Assembly (NCBI RefSeq): GCF_902713615.1
Contig: NC_052149.1
Location: 125,677,256 to 125,741,255, forward strand
Source of the DNA: Scyliorhinus canicula
Taxonomy: Eukaryota
Direction of reading: 5' to 3'
Length of the DNA: 64,000 nucleotides
The notes under the pieces are model-generated. The model saw nothing but the letters and a program-made list of their open reading frames with translations. It made no database searches and had not been told where the DNA came from. Numbering within the stretch: position 1 is the stretch's first letter; every line of letters starts with the position of its first letter. A program made the position numbers and the translations under genes. This document shows positions 25,290 through 35,944 of this stretch, one piece after another.

Positions 25290-26190
25290 TTGGGGTTTTA
25301 ACTCTCCAATCTATATTAATGAGCTGGATGAAAGGAATGAGAATATTGTAGCTAAATTTGCTGATGATAAAATGATAGGTAGGAAAGCAAGTTGTGAGGA
25401 GGATACAGAGTCTGAAAAGGGATATTGATAGGTTCAGTGAGTGGGGAGAACATTTGACAGATGGAGTATAATGTGGGGAAATGTGAGCTTGTCCACTTTG
25501 TTAGGAAGAATAGAAAAGCAGAATATTATTGAAATGGAGAGAGACTGCAGAAAGCTGTGGTACAGAGGGATCTGGGTGTCCTTGTGTATGAATCACAGAA
25601 CGTTAACCTGCAGGTACAGCAAGTGATTAGGAAGGTCAATGGAATGTTGTCCTTTATTACAAGGGGAATGGAGTATAAAAGTAGGGAAGCCTTGCTCCAT
25701 CGATACAGCACATTGGGGAGACTACACCGTGAGTACTGGGCACAATGTTGGTCTCCTTACTTAAGGGCGGATATTCTGACATTGGAAGCAGTTCAGAGAA
25801 GGTTCACTGGGCTGATTCCACTGAGGAATGGAATGTCTGATGAGGAAAGGTTGAGCTGGTTGGGTCTGTACTCATTGCAGAATGAGAGGTGATCTTATTG
25901 AAACATGTAAGATTCCGAGGGAGCTTGACAGGGTGGATGCTGAGAGAATGTTTCCCCTTGTGGGGAATCTAGAATTAGTGGACACAGTTTAAAAATAAGG
26001 GATCTCCATTTATGGTGGAGATGAGGAGGAATTTTCTTCCCCAGAGGGTCGTTAGTTTTTGGAATTCTCTTTTCCAGAGAGCAGTGCATGCTGGGACATT
26101 GAATATATTCCAGGCTGAGTTAGACAGATTTTTGATTGACGGGGGTCAAGGGTTATGGGGACCGGCAGGAAAGGGGAGTTTTGGCCATTT
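25290..26190 (+). mobile_element. CR1 LINE RT/3' fragment
   Basis: IYINELDE...KFADD, RDLGVLV, WSPYL...LEAVQRRFT. Confidence 0.85.
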
Positions 26191-27014
26191 TTAAAAGTTA
26201 ATTTCTGGGATGTATGGGTCTGAAGTGGGAATTTGCCATCCTGACATTGTCCAGCCTACAAGTGACTCCAGATCCTCAGTAATGTGTTGACTCTGAAATG
26301 TCCTCTGGAATGGCCGAGCAAGACACTCAGTTCAAGGGCAATTAGGGATGGGCAATAAATGCTGGCCCAGCCAGAGATCACACATCACATCAAACAATAA
26401 AAATATCTCCAGGGAGTTTCAGGAATATTGGATCAGGAATAAATATCAGACTGAACTCGACCCAAAGAGAAAGTAACTGAGAGTCTCCCCAAAAGCCTGG
26501 AACACTGAAGCCACTGGATTGTGAGCCCTGCTGGACCTGTTTGTCATCAGAACTTTGCTAAGAGATAAGCAGGGAGTGGAGAGAGCAGAGTTAAAGCTGG
26601 GGGAAGTGGGACCTCGGTGTCTCACTGTGCTGCTGCTGCTGCTGTGATCAGTTATATCAGAGAGTGTGACAGGGAGCCAGAGCTCACATCAAACTCTGCC
26701 CGTGTCTGTCACACGCAGACTGACAGGAGTCTAGTGAGTGATTTCACTCCATGGTCCAGGAATGTGAACACAGTCTGCAAACGTCCAGATCTCCTCCACA
26801 CGGTGGGTAAAAGCTGCTTACTTATATCTTGCTGCTTAAAGGGGGGGAATGGAACTAAAGAAATACAGCTGGGCACCCTGTTCTACACAGTGTTCTTCAA
26901 TGAACCATTTCATTCACTGCAGCTCCCCACTATCACCTTCAACTATTCAGCATTTGTGTTTGAGAAAGTTTCAGTATTGAAAGGGTTAATAACGGAGGAT
27001 TGGGGTTTACTTAC

Positions 27015-27049
27015 TCAGTCTGAGCTTGGTTCCTTTACCAAACGTAAGC
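27015..27049 (-). CDS. IGKJ: Ig kappa J segment
   Basis: Reads LTFGKGTKLRL (FGxGT motif), followed by a GTAAGT donor at 27014-27009. The phase-1 junction gives S-RENSQP in frame with the C exon. Confidence 0.96.
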
Positions 27050-27088
27050 CACACTGACAGCTTCCAGTGCAGGGGTTGTACAAAAACC
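27050..27088 (-). other. J recombination signal sequence, 23-bp spacer
   Basis: Plus strand: CACACTG (27050-56), 23 nt, ACAAAAACC (27080-88). The nonamer is perfect. The heptamer keeps the essential CAC but differs from the CACAGTG consensus at one position. Confidence 0.96.
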
Positions 27089-27547
27089 TCTGCTCTCTGC
27101 TTCACTCACTCACTCTCACCCTCTCTCTGTCTCTCTCTCTGTCTCTCACTCACTACTGTCTTTCTCTCTCACTCTTTCTCTCTCTCTGTTTCTCTGAATG
27201 TCTCTGTGTTTTGTTGGGAGAGTTGAGAATTCTAATTTTGGATAATAGAACAAAGAACAAAGAAAAGTGTAGCACAGGAACAGTGATAAATCTTTCAGCT
27301 GCTCTTCATATGAGGACATGGAGAGTAAGATGGAAACTTGAGGCCTTCAGTGAGCTGTGGACACCACAGGGACTGGACTGTGTAGTGGACAGTGAAAATA
27401 ATTTGTTTACTTTCCTTTCTTATATTTATTCTATGTTATATAAAACTGTGGGATGTGTTAGTACAGGAGGTGGAACTGTGCGTCCATTATTAAATATTAT
27501 ATAAAACTGTGGGATGTGTCAGTACAGGAGGTGGGGCTGTGTGTTGA

Positions 27548-27575
27548 GGTTTTTGTAAGGCTTTGTATCACTGTG
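27548..27575 (-). other. V recombination signal sequence, 12-bp spacer
   Basis: Minus strand: CACAGTG, atacaaagcctt (12 nt), ACAAAAACC. Fully canonical. V-12/J-23 is the kappa-type arrangement. Confidence 0.98.
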
Positions 27576-27873
27576 TAGGGGTAGCTATTATCTTGCTGAC
27601 AGAAATAATCAGCGACATCCTCATTCTGCACATTGCTGATTGTCAGGGTGAATCGTGTTCCAGATTGACTGCCGGTGAATCGCTCAGATGTTCCTGTGAA
27701 TCGAGTTGCTGCATTGTAGATCAGCAGAGCCGGTTTCTGACCTTCTCGCTGTTGATACCATTGAACCTCATAGCTGACAGATTGACTGGCCGTACAGGTG
27801 AGGGTCGCAGTCTGGCCCAGGCTCAATGACAGCACCGAGGGAGACTGGGTCATGATGATGTCTCCACTGATAC
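27576..27873 (-). CDS. IGKV: Ig kappa V exon, germline and unrearranged, apparently functional
   Basis: Acceptor tctctattacccctcAG. Reads (G)[98 protein letters not shown]. Both V-set Cys and the WYQQ motif are intact, with no stop codons. Confidence 0.98.
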
Positions 27874-28059
27874 CTGAGGGGTAATAGAGAAACAGAGTGA
27901 AGTAAGAACTGTCACAGAAAGAGCCTGTACAATGAGATATTGTTGGAGACTCTGACTGTTCCTCTGCTTTCAGCATTTTCCCTTCAATCACAAGTCAGTA
28001 GAATTGGATTGAAATGGAGAGCAGGAAAATATTCAAGGTGAAAGGAGAGAGATTTGTAC

Positions 28060-28108
28060 CTGCGATGCAGAATGCCAGAGGCCAGATCAGCTGGATGGCT
28101 GAAATCAT
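28060..28108 (-). CDS. IGKV: Leader (signal peptide) exon of the V gene
   Basis: ATG at 28108-28106 gives MISAIQLIWPLAFCIA plus one G, then a GTACAA donor. The 49-nt phase-1 exon splices in frame to the V exon. Confidence 0.93.
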
Positions 28109-28168
28109 GGTGTCTGCTCCTGTCCCTGTGCCTGGTTACTGATAAACTCTCCCTTCACTGGGCTCTGC

Positions 28169-28263
28169 TTTATAAAGCTGCAGCCTGTGAGAGTCTGACT
28201 GCCCGTTCCTCAGTATGTAAATGGTATAAGGCAGAGACACCACGTCAGCACGTTCACTTCCTC
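28169..28263 (-). promoter_or_regulatory. V promoter: TATA, octamer variant, CRE-like and PU.1 motifs
   Basis: TTTATAAA at 28169-76. ATTTACAT (one mismatch to ATTTGCAT) at 28222-28215, about 107 bp upstream of the ATG. TGACGTG at 28247-41. GAGGAAGT at 28263-56. Confidence 0.7.
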
Positions 28264-28668
28264 TTCTCTCTCTCACTCCCTCCCTCAGTATCAGTCCCTC
28301 AGTTTCTGCTCTCTCTCACTCCCTCAGTGTCCCTCAGTCTCTGCTCTCTCTCACTCCATCCCTCAGTGTCCCTCAGTCTCTGCTCCCTCTCACTCCCTCT
28401 CCACTTTGGCCTACCTATCAGTTTCTCAATCATCTCTCTCTGTCTCTCCCTCTCTACTCCACCCTCTCTGCCTCTGCCTCCCTCCATCTCCCTCTCTCTG
28501 ACTCTCCATATGTTATCTTTCCTATCTATCTCTCTTCCTCTCTCTCTCTTTTTCTCCATCCTCCTCTTTTTCTCTCTCTCTCCCACTCTCCATCGTTCTG
28601 TAATTCTCGAACTGATTTCTATAACAGGTATTTTTACTTTGATTGTAACACTTTGAGTGGTGGTGCAG

Positions 28669-31600
28669 CAGTTAAATGCTTCCCCCCCCCCCCCCCCCAC
28701 CCCCCCTCTCTCTGTCACAGTCTGCTCCTCGCTCTCTCTTTCCCACACTCTCCCAGGTGGATCACAGTTAAATGCTTCCCTCTCTCTCTCTCTGTCACAG
28801 TCTGTTCCTCGCTCTCTCTTTCCCACACTCTCCCAGGTGGATCACAGTGAAATGCTTCCCTCTCTCTCTCTCTCTGTCACAGTCTGCTCCTCGCTCTCCC
28901 TTTCCTACACTCTCCCAGGTGGATCACAGTTAAATGCTTCCCTCTCTCTCTCTCTCGCTCTGTCACAGTCTGCTCCTCGCTCTCTCTTTCCCACACTCTC
29001 CCAGGTGGATCACAGTTAAATGCTTCCCTCTCTCTCTCTCTCTCTGTCACAGTCTGCTCGTCGCTCTCTCTTTCCCACACTCTCCCAGGTGGATCACAGT
29101 TAAATGCTTCCCCCTCTCTCTCTGTCACAGTCTGCCCCTCGCTCTCTCTTTCCCACACTCTCCCAGGTGAATCACAGTTAAATGCTTCCCTCTCTCTCTC
29201 TGTCACAGTCTGTCCCTCGCTCTCTCTTTCCCACACTGTCCCAGGTGGATCACAGTTAAATGCTTCCCTCTCTCTCTGTGTCACAGTCTGTTCTTCGCTC
29301 TCTCTATCCCACACTCTCCCAGGTGAATCACATTTAAATGCTTCCCTCTCTCTCTCTCTCTCTCTGTCGCAGTCTGCTCCTCGCTCTCTCTTTCCCACAC
29401 ACTCCCAGGTGGATCACAGTTAAATGCTTCCCCCTCTCTCTCTCTCTCTCTGTAACAGTCTGCTCCTCGCTCTCTCTTTCCCACACTCTCTCAGGTGGAT
29501 CACAGTTAAATGCTTCCCCCTCTCTCTCTCTGTCACAGTCTGTTCCTCGCTCTCTTTTTCCCACACTCTCCCAGGTGGATCACAGTGAAATGTTTCCCTC
29601 TCTCTCTCTCTCAGTCACAATCTGCTCCTCGCTCTCTCTTTCCCACACTCTCCCAGGTGGATCACAGTTAAATGCTTCCCTCTCTCTCTCTCTCTCTCTG
29701 TCACAGTCTGCTCCTCGCTCTCTCTTTCCCACACTCTCCCAGGTGGATCACACTTAAATGCTTCCCCCTCTCTCTCTCTCTCTCTCTGTCACAGTCTGCT
29801 CCTCGCTCTCTCTTTCCCACACTCTCCCAGGTGGATCACAGTTAAATGCTTCCCTCTCTCTCTCTATCTGTCAGTCTGTTCCTCGCTCTCTCTTTCCCAC
29901 ACTCTCCCAGGTGGATCACAGTGAAATGCTTCCCTCTTTCTCTCTCTCTGTCACAGTCTGCTCCTTGCTCTCTCTTTCCCACACTCTGCCAGGTGGATCA
30001 CAGATAAATGCTTCCCTCTCTCTCTCTCTGTCACAGTCTGCTCCTCGCTCTCTCTTTCCCACACTCTCCCAGGTGGATCACAGTTAAATGCTTCCCTCTC
30101 TCTCTCTCTCTCTGCCACAGTCTGTTCCTCGCTCTCTCTTTCTCACACTCTCGCAGGTGGATCACAGTAAATGCTTCCCCCTCTCTCTCTCTGTCACAGT
30201 CTGTTCCTCGCTCTCTCTTTCTCACACTCTCCCAGGTGGATCACAGTTAAATGCTACCCTCTCTCTCTCTCTCTGTCACAGTCTGCTCCTCGCTCTCTCT
30301 TTCCCACACTCTCCCAGGTGGATCACAGTTAAATGCTTCCTCCTCTCTCTCTCTGTCACAGTCTGTTCCTCGCTCTCTCTTTCTCACACTCTCCCAGGTG
30401 GATCACAGTTAAATGCTACCCTCTCTCTCTCTCTCTCTGTCACAGTCTGCCCCTCGCTCTCTCTTTCCCACACTCTCCCAGGTGGATCACAGTTAAATGC
30501 TTCCCTCTCTCTCTCTCTCTGTCACAGTCTGTTCCTCGCTCTCTCTTTCCCACACTCTCCCAGGTGGATCACAGTTAAATGCTTCCCTCTCTCTCTCTGT
30601 CACAGTCTGTTCCTTGCTCTCTCTTTCCCACACTCTCCCAGGTGGATCACAGTTAAATGCTTCCCTCTCTCTCTCTCTCTCTGTCAGTCTGTTCCTCACT
30701 CTCTCTTTCCCACACTCTCCCAGGTGGATCACAGTTAAATGCTTCCCCCTCTCTCTCTCTCTCTGTCACAGTCTGCTCCTCGCTCTCTCTTTCCCACACT
30801 CTCCCAGGTGGATCAGAGTTAAATGCTTCCCCCTCTCTCTCTGTCACAGTCTGTTCCTCGCTCCCTCTTTCCCACACTCTCCCAGGTGGATCACAGTTAA
30901 ACGCTTCCCTCTCTCTCTCTGTCACAGTCTGTTCCTTGCTCTCTCTTTCCCACACTCTCCCAGGTGGATCACAGTTAAATGCTTCCCTCTCTCTCTCTGT
31001 CACAGTCTGTTCCTCGCTCTCCCTTTCCCACACTCTCCCAGGTGGATGACAGTTAAATGCTTCCCTCTCTCTCTCTGTCACAGTCTGTTCCTCGCTCTCT
31101 CTTTCCCACACTCTCCCAGGTGGATCACAGTTAAATGCTTCCCTCTCTCTCTCTGTCACAGTCTGTTCCTTGCTCTCTCTTTCCCACACTCTCCCAGGTG
31201 GATCACAGTTAAATGCTTCCCTCTCTCTCTCTGTCACAGTCTGTCCCTCGCTCTCTCTTTCCCACACTCTCCCAGGTGGATCACAGTTAAATGCTTCCAT
31301 CTCTCTCTCTATCTGTCAGTCTGTTCCTCACTCTCTCTTTCCCACACTCTCCCAGGTGGATCACAGATAAATGCTTCCCTCTCTCTCTCTCTCTCTCTCT
31401 GTCACAGTCTGCCCCTCGCTCTCTCTTTCCCACACTCTCCCAGGTGGATCACAGTTAAATGCTTCCCTCACTCTCTCTCTGTCACAGTCTGTTCCTCGCT
31501 CTCTCTATCCCACACTCTCCCAGGTGGATCACAGTTAAATGCTTCCCTCTCTCTCTCTCTCTCTCTGTCACAGTCTGCCCCTCGCTCTCTTTTTCCCACA

Positions 31601-34600
31601 CTCTCCCAGGTGGATCACAGTTAAATGCTTCCCTCTGCCTCTCTCTGTCACAGTCTGTTCCTCGCTCTCTCTTTCCCACACTCTCCCAGGTGGATCACAG
31701 TTAAATGCTTCCCTCCCTCTCTCTCTCTCTGTCACAGTCTGCTCCTCGCTCTCTCTTTCCCACACTCTCCCAGGTGGATCACAGTAAATGCTTCCCCCTC
31801 TCTCTCTGTCACAGTCTGTTCCTCGCTCTCTCTATCCCACACTCTCCCAGGTGGATCACAGTTAAATGCTTCCCTCTCTCTCTCTATCAGTCAGTCTGTT
31901 CCTCGCTCTCTCTATCCCACACTCTCCTAGGTGGATCACAGTTAAATGCTTCCCCCTCTCTCTCTCTGTCACAGTCTGCTCCTCGCTCTCCCTTTCCCAC
32001 ATTCTCCCAGGTGGATCACAGTTAAATGCGTCCCTCTCTCTCTCTCTGTCACAGTCTGTCCCTCGATCTCTCTTTCCCACACTCTCCCAGGTGGATCACA
32101 GTTAAATGCTTCCCTCTCTCTCTCTCTCTCTCTCTGTCACAGTCTGCTCCTCGCTCTCCCTTTCCCACATTCTCCCAGGTGGATCACAGTTAAATGCGTC
32201 CCTCTCTCTCTCTCTGTCACAGTCTGTCCCTCGATCTCTCTTTCCCACACTCTCCCAGGTGGATCACAGTTAAATGCTTCCATCTCTCTCTCTGTCAGTC
32301 TGTTCCTCACTCTCTCTTTCCCACACTCTCCCAGGTGGATCACAGTTAAATGCTTCCCCCTCTCTCTCTCTCTGTCACAGTCTGCTCCTCGCTCTCTCTT
32401 TCCCACACTCTCCCAGGTGGATCACAGTTAAATGCTTCCCTCTCTCTCTCTCTGTCACAGTCTGTCCCTCGCTCTCTCTCTCTCTGTCACAGTCTGTTCC
32501 TCGCTCTCTCTTTCCCACACTCTCCCAGGTGGATCACAGTTAAATGCTTCCCTCTTTCTCTCTGTCACAGTCTGTTCCTCACTCTCTCTTTCCCACACTC
32601 TCCCAGGTGGATCACAGTTAAATGCTTCCCTCTCTCTCTCTCTCTGTCACAGTCTGTTCCTCGCTCTCTCTTTCCCACACTCTCCCAGGTGGATCACAGT
32701 TAAATGCTTCCCTCTCTCTCTCTGTCACAGTCTGTTCCTCGCTCTCTCTATCCCACACTCTCCCAGGTGGATCACAGTTAAATGCTTCCATCTCTCTCTC
32801 TATCTGTCAGTCTGTTCCTCACTCTCTCTTTCCCACCCTCTCCCAGGTGGATCACAGTTAAATGCTTCCCCCTCTCTCTCTCTCTGAACAGTCTGCTCCT
32901 CGCTCTCTCTTTCCCACACTCTCCCAGGTGGATCACAGTTAAATGCTTCCCTCTCTCTCTCTCTGTCACAGTCTGTCCCTCGCTCTCTCTCTCTCTGTCA
33001 CAGTCTGTTCCTCGCTCTCTCTTTCCCACACTCTCCCAGGTGGATCACAGTTAAATGCTTCCCTCTATCTCTCTGTCACAGTCTGTTCCTTGCTCTCTCT
33101 TTCCCACACTCTCCCAGGTGGATCACAGTTAAATGCTTCCCTCTCTCTCTCTCTCTCTGTCACAGTCTGTTCCTTGCTCTCTCTTTCCCACACTCTCCCA
33201 GGTGGATCACAGTTAAATGCTTTTCTCTGCCTCTCTCTGTCACAGTCTGCTCCTCACTCTCTCTTTCCCACACTCTCCCAGGTTGATCACAGTTAAATGC
33301 TTCCCTCTCTCTCTCTATCTGTCAGTCTGTTCCTCACTCTCTCTTTCCCACACTCTCCCAGGTGGATCACAGTAAATGCTTCCTTCTCTCTCTCTCTCTG
33401 TCACAGTCTGTTCCTCGCTCTCTCTTTCCCACACTCTCCCAGGTGGATCACAGTTAAATGCTTCCCTCCCTCTCTCTCTCTCTGTCACAGTCTGCTCCTC
33501 GCTCTCTCTTTCCCACACTCTCCCAGGTGGATCACAGTAAATGCTTCCCCCTCTCTCTCTGTCACAGTCTGTTCCTCGCTCTCTCTATCCCACACTCTCG
33601 CAGGTGGATCACAGTTAAATGCTTCCCTCTCTCTCTATCAGTCAGTCTGTCCCTCGCTCTCTCTATCCCACACTTTCCCAGGTGGATCACAGTTAAATGC
33701 TTCCCCCTCTCTCTCTCTGTCACAGTCTGCTCCTCGCTCTCCCTTTCCCACATTCTCCCAGGTGGATCACAGTTAAATGCGTCCCTCTCTCTCTCTCTGT
33801 CACAGTCTGTCCCTCGATCTCTCTTTCCCACACTCTCCCAGGTGGATCACAGTTAAATGCTTCCCTCTCTCTCTCTCTCTCTGTCACAGTCTGCCCCTCG
33901 CTCTCTCTTTCCTACACTCTCCCAGGTGGATCACAATTAAATGCTTCCCTCTCTCTCTCTCTGTCACAGTCTGCCCCTCGCTCTCTCTTTCCCACACTCT
34001 CCCAGGTGGATCACAGTTAAATGCTTCCCTCTCTCTCTCTCTCTCTGTCACAGTCTGCCCCTCGCTCTCTCTTTCCTACACTCTCCCAGGTGGATCACAA
34101 TTAAATGCTTCCCTCTCTCTCTCTCTGTCACAGTCTGCCCCTCGCTCTCTCTTTCCCACACTCTCCCAGGTGGATCACAGTTAAATGCTTCCCCCTCTCT
34201 CTCTCTCTGAACAGTCTGCTCCTCGCTCTCTCTTTCCCACACTCTCCCAGGTGGATCACAGTTAAATGCTTCCCTCTCTCTCTCTCTGTCACAGTCTGTC
34301 CCTCGCTCTCTCTCTCTCTGTCACAGTCTGTTCCTCGCTCTCTCTTTCCCACACTCTCCCAGGTGGATCACAGTTAAATGCTTCCCTCTATCTCTCTGTC
34401 ACAGTCTGTTCCTTGCTCTCTCTTTCCCACACTCTCCCAGGTGGATCACAGTTAAATGCTTCCCTCTCTCTCTGTCACAGTCTGTCCCTCGCTCTCTCTC
34501 TCTCTGTCACAGCCTGTTCCTCGCTCTCTCTTTCCCACACTCTCCCAGGTGGATCACAGTTAAATGCTTCCCTCTCTCTCTCTCTCTCTGTCACAGTCTG

Positions 34601-35606
34601 TTCCTTGCTCTCTCTTTCCCACACTCTCCCAGGTGGATCACAGTTAAATGCTTTTCTCTGCCTCTCTCTGTCACAGTCTGCTCCTCACTCTCTCTTTCCC
34701 ACACTCTCCCAGGTTGATCACAGTTAAATGCTTCCCTCTCTCTCTCTATCTGTCAGTCTGTTCCTCACTCTCTCTTTCCCACACTCTCCCAGGTGGATCA
34801 CAGTAAATGCTTCCTTCTCTCTCTCTCTGTCACAGTCTGTTCCTCGCTCTCTCTTTCCCACACTCTCCCAGGTGGATCACAGTTAAATGCTTCCCTCCCT
34901 CTCTCTCTCTCTGTCACAGTCTGCTCCTCGCTCTCTCTTTCCCACACTCTCCCAGGTGGATCACAGTAAATGCTTCCCCCTCTCTCTCTGTCACAGTCTG
35001 TTCCTCGCTCTCTCTATCCCACACTCTCGCAGGTGGATCACAGTTAAATGCTTCCCTCTCTCTCTATCAGTCAGTCTGTCCCTCGCTCTCTCTATCCCAC
35101 ACTCTCCTAGGTGGATCACAGTTAAATGCTTCCCCCTCTCTCTCTCTGTCACAGTCTGCTCCTCGCTCTCCCTTTCCCACATTCTCCCAGGTGGATCACA
35201 GTTAAATGCGTCCCTCTCTCTCTCTCTGTCACAGTCTGTCCCTCGATCTCTCTTTCCCACACTCTCCCAGGTGGATCACAGTTAAATGCTTCCCTCTCTC
35301 TCTCTCTCTCTGTCACAGTCTGCCCCTCGCTCTCTCTTTCCTACACTCTCCCAGGTGGATCACAATTAAATGCTTCCCTCTCTCTCTCTCTGTCACAGTC
35401 TGCCCCTCGCTCTCTCTTTCCCACACTCTCCCAGGTGGATCACAGTTAAATGCTTCCCTCTCTCTCTCTCTGTCACAATCTGCCCCTCGCTCTCTCTTTC
35501 CCACACTCTCCCAGGTGGATCACAGTTAAATGCTTCCTTCTCTCTCTCTGTCACAGTCTGTCCTCGCTCTCCCTTTCCCACACTCTCCCAGGTGGATGAC
35601 AGTTAA
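28669..35606. repeat. ~7-kb compound satellite of ~80-bp units with an embedded variable (CT)n tract
   Basis: Unit TGTCACAGTCTGYTCCTCGCTCTCTCTTTCCCACACTCTCCCAGGTGGATCACAGTTAAATGCTTCCC(TC)n, roughly 85 copies. Near-identical blocks recur 1429 bp apart (ORFs at 33458/34887 and 33697/35126). Confidence 0.97.
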
Positions 35607-35944
35607 ATGAAGGATAAATCTTCCTCTGCTCTGTCTCAACAATGGATGTTAACTCTTGATGCCAGAAGCATGTCTTCTCCTAGAGGAAGGCCCCATTTTC
35701 CTAAAATGTCCCAAAGTAACCCCAACCCCTCCCCCATTCCTCATACTGTCGCTCTGTGAAACATTTTGGGATGTTCAGTACAATAAGGTGCTATTTAAAT
35801 TTAGGTTGTGTGGGGATTTGAGGCAGGGGCAGAATTGGACAAAGTGGTGATGGCTCCTGCAGTCAAATATCCTGCTGAGAGAATCCAGACTTTCACACAC
35901 AGAATAGCGAAGCATTGAGGCTGCAGTTTAAAAAAAAAATCCAT

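Noticed and set aside
26623-26629. Isolated CACAGTG in the J-C intron, resembling the mammalian intron RSS used with the kappa-deleting element
   Set aside because: There is no nonamer at 12 or 23 bp, and no partner 23-RSS was seen downstream of C in this window. A lone 7-mer is expected by chance.
28657-35606. Dozens of overlapping S/L- or E/R-rich ORFs up to 375 aa
   Set aside because: They are translations of the CT-rich satellite; variable (CT)n lengths shift frames constantly.
28669-35606. Satellite CACAGT words as functional RSSs
   Set aside because: No nonamer-like sequence lies 12 or 23 bp away; at most these are weak cryptic sites.
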